Of a stretch of DNA of 64,000 nt, positions 11,964-25,684 are shown in pieces (position 1 is the stretch's first letter; every line of letters starts with the position of its first letter). Source of the stretch: Oikopleura dioica (lineage: Eukaryota; Animalia; Chordata); the NCBI GenBank assembly GCA_907165135.1, contig OU015569.1, positions 9,424,001-9,488,000 of the forward strand, read 5' to 3'. Below the pieces are notes generated by a model. It did not search any database. It was not told where the DNA came from and saw only the letters and a list, made by a program, of their open reading frames with translations. The translations under genes were made by a program, and so were the position numbers.

Positions 11964-13708
11964 TCAATTTTTCTCAGGCGGAACAGCTACAGGGACATTT
12001 TGTTCAAATTCATTCCTTATATTGCCTGGAGGATAATAATTACAAACAATTATCGCTTTTCCGTTTTGGTTCCTTGCGATTGCTACACCAATTTCATTCG
12101 TATCTCGCCAGAGCATCTAAAAATTATCGAGTTAAACATCAGACGTCATTAGGAAAAGCATACTTGCGTGAATGCACCAGCACTCGGAACGAACTCGTGA
12201 CTCGAGGTATTGTAATGTATTCTCGATTGAAACCACTTGTCGACGATTTTTTCCCCTGGAAAATTTATTAGAAGCAAAAAATAGTTTCCTACCATCGATG
12301 GGCATATGGGAAAGCAATTGCTCAGCCACTATTGTCTCGCCTACTTTGAGTCGTTGGCATTCTGGATTCCCGATGATATGTGTAGTCGCTCCTGGATTAT
12401 TTTCCATCAGACGACTAAAGTTATCACTCTTAAATGCGAACACTTACTTTGGCAAACCTTGCCCAATAAGAAGCCAGAAGATCAAGTTCTGGAGATCTTT
12501 TCAAAGGATTAACGTCGAATACTGCTCGGTAGTCATTCTGCTTCTTTACAATAATGTCTGCCTCTGAAATTTAACGATTATACCACGAGTACGCAGCTCT
12601 GTTACCTTCCATATCTTTTTGAGAGGACTCCGTTGAAGGTAGACTGAAATAAAGTTGTTATTAATAAAGTGTTATTTAAACTGCTTTGCCTTGGAAGTTC
12701 ATAATTTAGTGTTTCGAGTTGTGATAAAAATTCGTCAGCCAAATTAGCCTTCGTCAAATAGGTAATTCTAGTTCGCTTTATTGTTCGAGTCATTTCTCCG
12801 TTTCGTACAGGGATGAGAAATTGCTTCGTCGTTATTACGCGCTTTCAAGTGAATAAAAACAAAGTTTATTTCTTAACGCTGTAACTTTCATCACTGCCTT
12901 AAAACGAGTTCCATCATTTTCGGCACCAAAGTCTTCTGAGACGTTTGTGTTGATCAGATTCCCGTATTCCTCCTCTTCTTCGACTTCAGTCTCTGATGCA
13001 GTGTCCGAATCATCACTATTACATTTTCGGATATATTAAATTAGTGACTAATTTACCTGTAGAATGCAGCTTCGGAGATTAGAATTGGTTTAGAAACGTT
13101 TTGATGAAATGCGCCAGCAACATTCCCTGCTGGCTTATAATTTACAACAATGACGACCTTGCCGAGCGTATTCCAGGCAATGCCGATGCCGATGTATTTG
13201 GTTCCTTTCCAGACCATTTGGCTGAATTTACCCGCACCTGTGCAATACTGCTCTGCGTCATAGTCAAACTTATTTACTCCACTGTTAAATGGAATGATTC
13301 AAATTCTTCCGAAAAAGAGCAAGTTTGTCGGCTTATCTTTTAATTTCAGATTGTAATCATCCCTTCCTGTACCAGAGCTCACTTATCTCGCTTCCTCGAG
13401 GGAGGTTCTTCTTCACATCTCGGATAAATTTGTACTCTAAAATTAGTTTTCATTTTAGTAATACTCAGAGTAAGGACCTATGTTTTCCCCGACATTCGGA
13501 ATATTAGACGGTTCGTATTTTCCCTCGAGAAGAAGTTTATCGGCCCATCGTTGAGCCGCTTCCGAGAGTGATCTTGACTGAAGATCACTTTTAGATTTTT
13601 GAAAAGTTAAGAAAAGGAAACCTTTCTCAGTCTTCTCGCGCTGTGTTCTTTTCGCCGCTGGTTGTGGGTACGCAGGAGGTCTCTTTTGAATTCTAGGGCC
13701 TGGTCCAT
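11964..13708 (-). CDS. Tandem two-domain CAP/SCP (GAPR-1/GLIPR2-like) protein
   Basis: Domain 1: LLRTHNQRRKEH...LSEAAQRWA...GENI...AGKFSQMVWKGTKYIGIG...VNYKPAGNV. Acidic linker. Domain 2: QNDYRAVF...AGAFTQMLWRDTNEIGVA...VCNYYPPGNI. The start may lie further upstream. Confidence 0.85.
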
Positions 13709-14492
13709 ATTCAATATATGAAATCCGATATGGGTGATAATGGCATTTGTAAATCAGGCGGACAGAATCAGAAGGGCTCGCTAGGTGAATGAGTAAAGCA
13801 AACAAGAGCTTCAAATATTTGTCCTTTTCTATAATAAATTGCAGTACCAGAGCAAGGGCCGTGTCATCAGATCAAATATGAGTGCCGTTCGTAAAGCCGC
13901 TAGCTGACAGAAAATCGAGTTTTATATGATTTACCTTGCCAAATTCAACAATCTCATCTCAAAAAACGCCTCCTTTACATTCCGTTATTTTGAAATTTAA
14001 AATCCAAAAATTTATTGAAAAATCACGGTTGAAAAGGAATGCGTACTTATTTATATGATAAAATGTTATTAATTTAAACAACATTGTTCAAGAATAAGAT
14101 ATTTGTTCATGTTGGGAGCAGGGGCTTGTTCTATGTCGAGTACATTTCTCGAATCAAAAAGTACATTGATGTGTTCAATTTATTTCATTTTTACAGTTGT
14201 CGTCATTATGACTTATTAAGTTAAGGATAAGGATAGGGATAAAACAGATTCAGAATTTATTTTAACTCAAAAAATAACGGCGATTTGAGAATGTTACGTT
14301 GAGAACGAGGCGTTCAGACTATTTGCTCAAGGTCGTAACTTGGAATTTGTTACTTCAATCGCGTTTTTTTTTTTTTGAAAAAAAACGTGAAGGAGCACTC
14401 GAATCGGACTTCGCCCACACCCACTGTATGAGTCATTAATTTTTTTTTCGTGAAAAGTACTTATTCGAAGTTGAGAGTGTTTGTCACAGAAA

Positions 14493-16541
14493 ATGCCAAG
14501 AAAGAGTTGGTTGCTGATTCTACCGATTGTGATTGTTTTGTTTGTCAATACGACCACGAAGAATCATGTGTGCGACCACGAGGTAAATATTCCATTTCGG
14601 CTGAACGTATTTGTTTCGTAAAGTAATAATATAATTGGCAAGGCGCCGATATCAGACGAAGAACGAGTAAAGCTGTCTCCTGATATCCGCGACAGAATGG
14701 TCAAAGCGCTAGAATTCAAAACAATCTCTGTGGAAGATGGAATGGAGGATATATACTCGAACGAGTTTGTCAAATTTTGGCATTATATTTATGAGCAGTA
14801 TCCGCGGATATTTTCTTCTGAAGATCCTGACGTACAAGTTGATCGTATCGAATTTGAAAACGGCAAAGAAACCATTGTGGTAAGTGGCTGTTTTTCAAAG
14901 TCGAATTTTCTCAAAAAAATCAGGTGATTATCGAAGGCACGGATCGAACTCTCAAGCCTGGACTCTTTATTAGCCATGCGGATGTTGTTCCGGCTATTCG
15001 CAAAGAATGGACACACGACCCTTTCAAACCATTTGTGACCGAGGACTTCGTCCAAGCGCGAGGAGCATACGACTGCAAATCAATCTTGATGGCACAGTTG
15101 GAAGCACTCCATGCACTCTTGCTCAACGGCGAAAAACCACCTAGGTCAGCCTTGGTTTCTATTTTCTATTCGTATCTTACAAAAATTGATTTCGGAACCA
15201 GGTAAAGAAAAACTTATTTCCTCTTCCCTCATGATGAAGAAGTTGGTGGCTTCGGAGCGCAGGAAGCAGCGAAGATTTTCCGAGAAAGATACAATATTCA
15301 ATCAGATGGCTTTGCGTTTATTATAGACGAAGGAATGCCTCCCATCCGAAACGGATTGCCCGGAGTTACAAAGGAAATTAGTGAATATATATTTATTCCA
15401 GCTGAATCTTATTTGGGAAATCAGTGATTTCAAATCACAGTTAGAAATATTGATTTATACAATTTTTTCACTAGCAAACGAGCCTTTGCTTACTATTGGG
15501 TACACCGCAAAAGGATATCTGACAGTGGAACTGACAGTGAATTATGCGAAAGTCGGACATGCATCGATCCCTGAAAAAGAGAGCTCGATAACGATTCTAT
15601 CGGACGCATTGAGTCGCATAAACGCGAATCCGCAGCCAAATCAATTCGGCAAGTCTATCGAGGTTGAAATGATGGAAGGTCTGGTTCCTTATCTCCCTTG
15701 GACGATCAAGCCAGTCATAGCCAATTTGTGGCTCTTCAGGCCGCTTGTAGCTCTCGCAGCTAACTTCGACAAGCAAATGAATGCATTCTTCAGAACAACT
15801 AGTGCCATTACTATTTTCAACGCTGGGCTAGGGTTGATGTCTATTTTTTCTGAATCAGCTTGTAAGTCATGAACCCGAAAAGATACAAGTCGAACGTGAT
15901 CCCGATTCAAGCACGCGCCGTTGTTAATCATCGAATCCATCCTGGGCAAACAATATCGCAAGTACTAGAACATTTGGAACGCGTTATAGGCTAGGCAATA
16001 AAATGAGAGCCCCTTTTAATGCGCAGCGCTCATGCGTAAAAGAACATATGTTGAAAGTTATTTTTGTCCACGATGAGCGATAAAACTTTCAAAAAAACTA
16101 CTAGCATAACATGATATAATTTTTATCTCCAGCCAAATTAAAGATGATGATCGGGTGCTCATAACGCAAGAAGAAGGGGCACTTGAAGCTGACAAAGTCA
16201 CACCCAGAGACTCGCTGTATGGACGTAAAATCGTGCACTCTCTCAATAGGTTAGGCTTTTCATAAATTGAAGTAATTCTGAGCCCTGCTAGGACAATCAA
16301 AGACATCATTGCTATTCCTGGCATTTTCCTGGCTGCGTGCGATGCTCGTTGGTTGCAGGATTTCTCGGATCATATTTTCCGCTTCTATCCATTTGTGATG
16401 GAGAAGGAAGACCTACCAGGAATACATGGTCGAGAAGAAAAGCTTCGATGGCAGAGCTACGAAGACGGCATTAACTTTTATCTTGACTTTTTTCGTCACA
16501 TGGATGAAAACGACTTACCTCCAGGTCACACTGAACTCTAG
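14493..16541 (+). CDS. PM20D1: Peptidase M20 family, PM20D1-like N-fatty-acyl-amino acid synthase/hydrolase
   Basis: N-terminal hydrophobic anchor. Motifs SHADVVP, ARGAYDCK, HDEEVGG, FIIDEG, GHASIP, FRTTSAIT, NVIP, HRIHPGQT, IFRFYP and IHGREE appear across spliced exons. Confidence 0.9.
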
Positions 16542-18371
16542 AGCTGTCCAACATCGAAATAAAATGCTTTGGCTTCTTTAGTATACCTTTGACAGTAATA
16601 CGCGCAAAATTGCGGCTGTTAGATATTATGCTGCTCGTGCCATATGTGGGAAAAGTCGGCGGTGTAGTTATCCTAAGGGTATCGCTGGATCAAAGCCATT
16701 CGTTTTTGATGAAAAAATTGAAAATCCCTCGTAACCCGAGCAGGCGCTGGAATAATAAAATAATGCTTCCCGAATATCCCGTTACGAAATGAGGACTTTT
16801 GCGAAGTTGGAAAGCGAGTCAACAGAAACTCAAATTACAAAACCATTAATCTAGATAAAGATTATGAGGCACACATTTAAAGCGAGTATTCATCGAAACA
16901 TCCTGTATTGATTGTTATTGTCATTCCTCGAGCTGACTTATATTTTCTCGCTAATCTCGCAGCACCTGCAAAACTGTCGATTTTGAAATTCAAATTTAAT
17001 TAAAATTTGACATTTTGATCGTCGAAAATTTTTGGCTTCGAGAGCCGGAGAGAGCGAAATTGTATTTCGCAGCTTTAATAGTCTCTCAAGTACTTTCTAC
17101 CTCAACTTTCAAAGGATTGAAAATGTTGTCTTTCGGCTGCATGAAACGTGCCATTTTAGCCCATTTCTTCGCTCTGTTATTCCAGGGCGCTTAATTAAAC
17201 ACTTTCGCCCTAAATAGCCCAAGAAGAGGATTTTCCACGCTCCAAAAATCTCAACAGCTCGGTTTTCACGCATTTCGCTCAGACAAAACCGGAAACCAAA
17301 ACATGTAATAACCTAATTGTTACTAATTTGGGCGAGGCAGGGCTGAAAAAACGGACGATAAAATTTTCGAAAATTTCCTTTTGTTCCAAAAAATTATCGA
17401 AATAACAAGAAATTATTTGACATCAGCATATGCTCACTACTCACTGTATCCGGAGAACAGTGTGAGATCAAATATGTGACAGATAAATCGGATTATGTTG
17501 TTGCTTGTCAAATTTAACACTTCCGTTTCTTCATCAAAAGCTTTTAGAGCAGATCGATGCCTTCTTTTTCCCACATTTTTGATCGATGAATTTTCGCTTT
17601 GGTAAATCGCTGAAGTTAGTTTTTCTTGAGAGAAATAATTATTGGCTCAAGTTTTCTCATAATCGGCTCTGGCCTATTTGTCGTGGAGTTTTTAGTACTT
17701 GAAAGTAAATTCGATTTCGGATTGCAAAGACTAGGTTACACCAGAAAAACAATCCGCCATTGAAAGAACAACCCCGTAAGCGAATACTTTTGCAATAAAA
17801 AAATAAGCATTTTGTAAACACGACAACCTTCATGGCTAAAATAAGGTTCCACGTCTAATTGATTTGAAATCAGTAATTGCAACGGGTTTTAATTGAACAA
17901 AGTAATGAGGCGCAGTGATGAAAGAATAAAATAGCCTTTCTGTTATTTTTTGAATTGTGAACAGGCGCAAGTATAAAGAACGAGAAATCCCTAAATCTGG
18001 GTTCACTTATAATTTTGCACGCGCTATCAGGTTTCCCATTGTAAAGTCAGATGTTTCGACTGTTGCATGTATCGGATGACGGCTATTTGGCTTTTGTATT
18101 TTTGTTGGCGGCGCTGTTTGATTTTGTTGCGTTGAATCGAAAAGTATCACTTCATGCCCCTGCGCGCGCCCAATACCGAGCTGGAAACTCTGGCCACTAA
18201 ATACTTGGCGCCCCCTTGTGGCGCTCCTGTGCGCGTCCGACAACGACGAAACTGTAAAGTCGACTTGCTCAAAGATAACAGATCTAGCAAGAGAACGCAA
18301 CAACAAACCTTCCCCAGACAAGAAACACTTCTTTCTTTTCTTTCTGGAACAGCTGATAGTAACTCAAAGCA

Positions 18372-20913
18372 ATGCAGAGCTCGAACACAGGCTTCGGAAT
18401 CGGAGCGAACGCGCTTCAAAGTCAGCTTCAACTGCTTCGCCAGGGTGGTGCGGGCACTTTAGGTACGCAAGGTAAATTGATTTTTAAGAAAGCATTCTAA
18501 CGCATCCTTTCCTAGGAATGCCACTAGATAGATCTCCGAGGACACCGAAATGCGCACGATGCCGCAATCACGGAGTAGTATCAGCCCTCAAAGGACACAA
18601 ACGCTTCTGTAGATGGAAGGTAACACATTTGGATTGTTATAAGAAAGCATAAATTAGCTTCAAATTGAGCATGAATGTTTAGGACTGCCAATGTGCGAAG
18701 TGTTCATTGATCGCGGAACGTCAACGAGTTATGGCGGCACAGGTAATTCTTCGATCTTCACTTGGCATAACAAGAGTGTTCGCATTTTGTGAGCTTCTCT
18801 CAAGTGGATATCAGTTCCAATGAGAGTGTACACAACGTTAATAGAATTTGCTCAGCTTGTTAGAAACCTTGTTGAAAGACAATTGTTGTCACCTCTTCAG
18901 AGCAATTTGACTCAAGAAATACTAGCCCTACTTTCGTATAGAATATTTACAATAGATTTTTAGTTAGAGTATAGCATCATCGTTTAAGTTGAGATTATAA
19001 AATTATATGAATTAGTTTTACTTTATGTTAAATCATTTAATTTCAACAGAAGGTCTATTTATTCAAGGGATTACCGAAACGGCAATTTGAAGCCAAGAAA
19101 TCGGCCCAGATCAAACGTATATTCTCTCCAGTTCCCAAGAGCAGAAATTGTGACAAAGGGAATTAAGTTTTTGTGGAAACGGACTCAATAAAAACAACTT
19201 TTACTTTCCTCGAGCAGCCAACAAAAGTTCCATCAAGCAACTATCGAAACTAACGTTTGTTTTGCCAAGCTGAGCACACTATTTTCTTCAATATGATAAT
19301 GAAAAGACGCTTAACTATTACGCTCAAAGCGATTCTCGAGGCAAGCCAAGTATCGTATATCAGCCACTGAAACTCACTCTGCGCCTTTCTTCTGAAATTG
19401 AGCAGTCCTTGAATTTCAGTGTAAAATTTTCGATTCCACAAAAAATATTGGCAGTCCTAATGTCGCGATGATTTTAGGTAGCTCTTCGAAGACAACAAGC
19501 GCAAGAAGAGAATGAAGCGAGACAGCTGCAAATTTTGATGGCATCGGCAAGTCAAGCTCAACCAGTTCCGACCGCTTCTCAGAGACTGAACTTGTCTCCA
19601 CCGGCACTTCCAGCTATTGAAATGAATCTCGATCAAAGCCAAGCCAATGAGTCCACCAAAAAGAGGAAGCGATCAGCTGAGAACGACAGCTCTCCTGAGA
19701 TTGGTAAGTCTAGAAATGTTTGGGATGATCCCCGTAGTGCTAGGGGTGAATTGAAGATCATCCGCCCGGATGACTCGATTAGAATAAGAATTGAAGAAAA
19801 GTGTTGAGTGAGCTGTCGCTTCTGTCCTTCGCGAACTGATTTCGCGGGCGAGCGAGCTTTCAGTAGTCTTCGGCGGCAATTGTCGTGTAAATTTAACGGA
19901 TTAACATACTTATTGGGCGCGTATAATAATTCACAGCTATTTTTAATCCACCCCCGTGGTGTGATTCAATTAGAAGTAGTGTAAGAACACAGCTCTGAAA
20001 GGTAATCGATTTCGAAAAAGAAATTCAAATTTGAAATTTCAATGAGCCGATTAGCAAGAGAGCTAGAGACACTTCCTGAAGCTAATCAAAACTTTCTGAA
20101 TAATAAACAACGCTCAGATTCGAATCATTCGATGCCCTGTTACAGTGGACTTGAACTTTAGTTTCTTTCATTGATTGACTTTTTCTAGCGCTCAAACGTC
20201 CCTACGAAGAGCAAGCGAATCATCAAGCAGAACCAAATCCAAACGAAACTGAAGCGACCAAGCAACCGTCTGAGTTTCAGTTGCAGCTTATAACGCTTCA
20301 AAAATGTTTCCCACAGAAACCAAAAGCGCTGCTTCTAAAAGCACTTCAAGGTTTCCCCAAAAAGCCCTATTCATCTAACTGTAGCTAATACTAGATCATA
20401 ACGGAAACATCGTCAACGTGCTAAATTCTCTGGCAGAAACTTCTCCGCCATCGTCGACCAGTTCCTCGAATGCGCCACTGTCAGCTCCACTCGATATTCA
20501 AGTACCAGAAGAGCGGGTCAATTCTATTGTGCAAAACGTCGTCTCTTCGTCCGCTGTGGCGCTGCCCCCACGAACGGTGCCCTCGCTTTTCCCGAGATTC
20601 GATCAACTGCCAATGCTGCCAGGTTTCCCACAATTGCGTGGATTTAAGTATGTTTTCTCTCGCTGTCCATGTATAAACTTTTCTTCCAGTCCTCTGTTCC
20701 GAGCCGGTGTGCCGCCCTTATCAATGTATCCTGCGCGACATTTTTTCCATTCTTTTATGCCACCAAAGTAAGAAAAAAACATTATTATCCGACACTCCTA
20801 TTTTTAGTCTCCCTCATGGTTCTCCAGTTTCTGAAGACTACGCTCAAATCGAAGAGCAGCCGGATTCTCCAGAGAAAGACATCAAATCGTCTCCAAACAG
20901 CAACGAAGAATAA
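18372..20913 (+). CDS. dmrt: Doublesex/mab-3 related transcription factor, DMRTA-type
   Basis: Spliced DM domain [30 protein letters not shown]|[20 protein letters not shown]|[17 protein letters not shown], with a downstream DMA-like segment [18 protein letters not shown]. Confidence 0.95.
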
Positions 20914-21056
20914 ACTCACTAATCACCTCTTTATTTTACTGACCAGCGAAATTGTATTGAATGTCTCGCTCAATTTGACCCTTGAATTCAACCTTGTAAA
21001 TAGAATTCGTAATAAATATTTCCGTGCCATTTTTCATTTGAATCAAAATTTGTCAG

Positions 21057-24000
21057 ATGAATCCTCATTTCCGCTCTTTGTTCAACGTCGTTTTCTCCTT
21101 GATAGTTTTCTCTGGTTATAAAATCCATGACACTTCCAACTTTTGGAAAGGTTGATCCTAGAGAGGATGACGCGAACGAAGAGGAGTCTGTTGAAGATGA
21201 GACAAATTCTCAAGAAATCGAGGATGGTGATCGAAGAGAAGACGGTGCTTTTAGCTATGTAACACCATTGGAGCTGAAGGGAGTACCGTCGATGGCGACA
21301 GCTCCATTTAGTTCGGACATAGCGGCCTTGACACCAGACTCAATAGCAAATGAAACGGAAAGCAATCAATTCGATTTCAAGCCCATTCCACCAAAAAGAC
21401 TTTCAAAAGTGCTAGGCGATTACGATGTGGAACTCTCAACAGGATACAGTAGCGGTCAGAGAATCATATTTCAAAAGCAAACTTTCTATCAATTAAATCA
21501 TCTCTGACCTCGACAAAAGAGAAAAAGATGCGGCTGATGAGTCGTATCTCGAAGAACCTGAAACGCCACCGCCATCACATCTACCTCCAGTGCTCGCGGC
21601 TCAGGACAGCTTCAGTAGATCAATAAAAAAGTTACCTTCGCAGGAGTGGGAAGGACCGTTGCTCTCAAATACGAAAATATTTGGAATAGTTATTAGTTGT
21701 TTGGTTGTGATTCTTGCACTGTTATTTGTGATTCTCTGCGGGAGGAACTATGAAGGCATCATCAATTCATTGCTGCAGCCGTTGTCGGAACTACGGCCTT
21801 ACATAATCCTACTCACGGACACCGCGACGACGATATCCACAAAGCAGATATCAGATATTATCTTCAAAATGAACCCAAAATTTATTGTATTCATTGTATT
21901 CATCACTTTCCTGGCAGTCTGTGTGCCACTGGCTGGGATATCTCTTTGTATTTGCAAAACTTGCGACAAATTTGACAATCTTCATTTTCCTTCAAGGAGC
22001 GTTCTTGGCTGGAAAGTTTTCTACAGTACGATCCTCATTATTTTTATTGGAATCGTTGCTGAAAGAATAGTCACGTGCTCAATTGCGACGACGCTTCTTC
22101 AGTCATCGTTCAAAGGAATACTCCCTCAAGCTGAAACTCTTGTGCATGAATCAACTGAGTACATTGAAAACCTTAATTATACCATGCAAAACCTTCCATC
22201 AAAGCTTGCATCGAACTTGACCGAGTATGAGGAAGAAATGAACAAACTCAAGGAAGACTTCGATCTGGAAACGCAGTCAATAACAAACAAAACGACTTCT
22301 AACCTGCTTATTTTCAAAGGCGATTTTAGTGAAGTGCTTGTGAATGGATCGGCGAAAGTTCTCGTCATGGAAAGTGAGATCCAGAATACAGTGTCTAATA
22401 TCTTTAGGAATGGTTGAATGTGAATGAAATTACGTTTTGTTTTCAACAATCAAACCTCTCCTAGTGGAAATGACGCAGCAATCAAAACACTCAAAGATAA
22501 TAGTTGTGAGGATGATATTCATTGCGAAGAAATTCTCCTTGCGATCGAGGGATTGATTCCATACAACGAAGCTGTTAGTTTTCTTGGGCTCTCGGATATA
22601 TTTGTTTCATCGCTTGAACTTTTACAAAATTCTTCCTTGGGGATCAAAGCAAAAAACATATCGGATACCTTGCACGCCATACAGCAAGCATCAGAAAATC
22701 AGTCAAGGCAAATTTTTGAATTTCAAAGCAATTATATTCACAATTTCGGAAAGGGATGATTATTATTATTTCTGTAATAAAGTCTATTAAATAGACTATA
22801 ATGCTCTTTGTAATGATCAGCTGAGAATCAGAGCTAGTTATCTCCTACAGAGAAAGAGTCAACAAGCCAGATTGCTTCTGCCACTGAAGTTGTTGTGTTG
22901 TTCAAGAAAAAGATTTTAACATTGAATTGAGGGGGATTCTCTACTGAATAGAGACTCTGAAGTTGAGTAAACCGAGACGTTTACAAAAAAAAACATTTAA
23001 CATAAAATCGATGAGAAATCTTTTTGAGGAAAAAGTTTTCAGTAAGGGCGAGGAGATAGTAGCCGGGATAACCAATATCGCTTCGCATTTCGAAAAGTGG
23101 TCAGCATATTTATTTATCGCGTCCGTTGTGATAATAACACTTGTTTCCATCATTCTCATCTTTTATTTGGTTGCAGTTATTGCTGGTCTTGTCGGTTTGA
23201 AGCTTGAGGCAAACTCAGGAAGCTTTTTACGATTCTTTATTTACAAATAGAATAACCTTGTGATCATAAAAAGGAAAAAGTCTGATGTGTGCTGGTCTCA
23301 GTCTTAGTTTCCTCTTTAGTTGGATCTTTCTGCTGGTTTCATTGACTGCATTCTTATTCGGCTCACATACTGAACGTTATGTCTGTCAAGGACTTGAAAG
23401 AAATGCAAATGGAACTATCGAGCTTTTGGAAGTTATCGACGAGGTTCTGACAATTCGCTATCCTGATTTAATGCAAATTGATAATACTACGATTAGCTTG
23501 GAAAATATCGTGACTCAGTGCGAGAGTGATAAATCGTTTCTCTTTCAAACCGATAAGAGTTTTCATATTTGACGAAACGCAAGAATTATATTAGCCATAA
23601 GCGAAATCGAAAACTCCAGTAAAGACAGATTTACTCTGCCAGACGTGCCCAATTTTGAGCTAGATGATGAGAATAGATCCTCTGCTTCTAATGCACTTTC
23701 ATTTAGCCAAAATGATCTTAACACACTGGTGGCAATTAATGAAACGTTGTCAACAATTCATGGAAATCTGAACATCCAATCACTCTACCCTGATCTTTAT
23801 AGACTCAGCGTCAAATGCGAGATTTTAGCTGGCCAGCTCAATTTGACTGTCTTCAACCTGCGCGAAAACAACGATGAAAGCAACGAGATGGTTTTGAACC
23901 AGATTCAGGCATTGCAGTCATACAGTTATCAGCTTACGCAAAATTATCTTCGGCAATCTTTTGAGCGCCATTTTAATATCATCAGAAGGTTCGTTGGTAA

Positions 24001-24423
24001 TCATAGGCATTCGAAAGATTTTTCTATTCAGTGACATTGAAGACATAAAGGCGCTTATTTCCGATACTCTTGCTAATTTTAACGTTACTGCGGGGTCCCT
24101 TGATGATTATGACGGTAAAATCACGACGGCGATTCAACAAGTTTTATCGAATGCAACAGATAAATCTTTCCAGTTATCTCGTCATTACGCCTCCTATATA
24201 ACATCACTTGGGAGTTGCTCGGTGACTTTACAGTCATGAAAATAGAAAACTAATTTAATTTAAGGATATCTACGGGGAATACCAAGAGAGTGTAGACTTT
24301 CTTTGCTCAAAAGTATCGCATGCTGTGAATCTTTTCTGGATTTCTCTCGGCTGGGCGTCAATTATCATTATCATCATGATTATTTTTGGACATAAGTTTC
24401 AAAAAGCGGACGTATTCTGGTAG
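21057..24423 (+). CDS. prom: Prominin-like pentaspan membrane glycoprotein
   Basis: Five hydrophobic segments, VPLAGISLCICKTC Cys-rich loop, SFLFSW...FLFGSHTERYVC motif, two long extracellular loops and C-terminal NLFWISLGW. The first exon is approximate. Confidence 0.8.
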
Positions 24424-25092
24424 ATTAAACGTGACTGCAACTCTTTCAAATAAATAAAACATAAACAGTTGTGAAAAAATTGAAATCTTTGATTTTAGAC
24501 ACCTTATCAGAGTCATTAAAAGGAGTCACTGTGGATCTTAACACTTGATCATATTGTGTGACAATCGAAAAGCGCACTTTTTGAGGAGCAAGAGAAAAGA
24601 AGCTCAAAAGGTAAGACGGTTTCGAGAGTAGCTCATATCGATCGATCGTCAGTCTTTCTTTATCCTGATCGTAGCGAAATTTTGAAGATTTTTCGGAAAT
24701 CTGAAAAGTTTTCATGGAGGATATCGCTGACTTCTGACCACTGATACCCTATCACAGAATAGGTCTATCAAGTTTGAATATCCACACGCTATTATCCATC
24801 TCTTTAAGATTCTGTCATGAAGGTAAAAACACGCAAGCACAACAATTGTTGAAAATTCGTTGCAATTTTCACTTACTTTGGCTGAAAAATTGGCTCCTCA
24901 ATTTCTCGAGCGCTACTACTTTAAAAAAGCTCTTTCAAAAACGCATTCAACTCAATACAAATTATATCATTTCGCCTATTTTTAATAACTGCATGAGGAT
25001 CTCTACATTTTCAAATTATGACGTCAACATCTTCAAATGTATTTTCAAATTATTTTATGATTTTAATTTAGGAAAAAAGCAAAAGAGAAAGT

Positions 25093-25684
25093 ATGCGATT
25101 CCGATCGAAGCTCTCAAAGGCCCAGTTGATGGAGAAGTATGACATTCTCAATCAAATTGAGCAAGACAAGAAGGTTGAAGTCGTCAAGGAAAAAGAGAAG
25201 AGCAACATTGACCTTTTCATCGACGATTGTCAATGTATCTTTCGGGAAACTTATTTGAGGTGATGCGTTTTAGGTATTTTGAAATCCGGAGAGCGACTCC
25301 AACGAAACGCGCGAAAGCTGCGAGAGATCGACCAAACTCATCTTGCGACCAAGAAATGGTACCAGAAGCAAGTCTCTCGTCGAGAGTGTTCATTCATCGG
25401 AACCTCCATGCACGAGATCCCTGAAGGTTAGTTAAATTTCCAGCTCACTTGTGGACAAAAGAACTCTAGAACAACAAAGCCTCCGAACGTTTGCACCTGC
25501 ACCACAGGGAGTCGACCCAGATCAATGGAGGAAATTCCAGCTCTTCAACAAATGGCAGGGAACCATCAAGAAGTCAACCGTTTTTTAAGTAATTTTTGTG
25601 AATAAACAACGTCTGATTGATTTTTTTCTTGCTCTTATATTTTCAAGTTCTTCAAGGAAGTGATAAGTGGAATGACGAAATAGG
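25093..25684 (+). CDS. Small hypothetical multi-exon protein
   Basis: MRFRSKLSKAQLMEKYDILNQIEQDKK... continues across phase-compatible short GT-AG introns. No family recognised and the 3' end is approximate. Confidence 0.4.

Noticed and set aside
18154-18475. ORFs of 102 and 85 aa upstream of dmrt
   Set aside because: The third frame from ATG 18372 splices in phase into the DM domain. These ORFs are overlapping by-products.
24446-24715. 89-aa minus-strand ORF as a gene
   Set aside because: No recognisable motif or supporting exon chain. Left unannotated.
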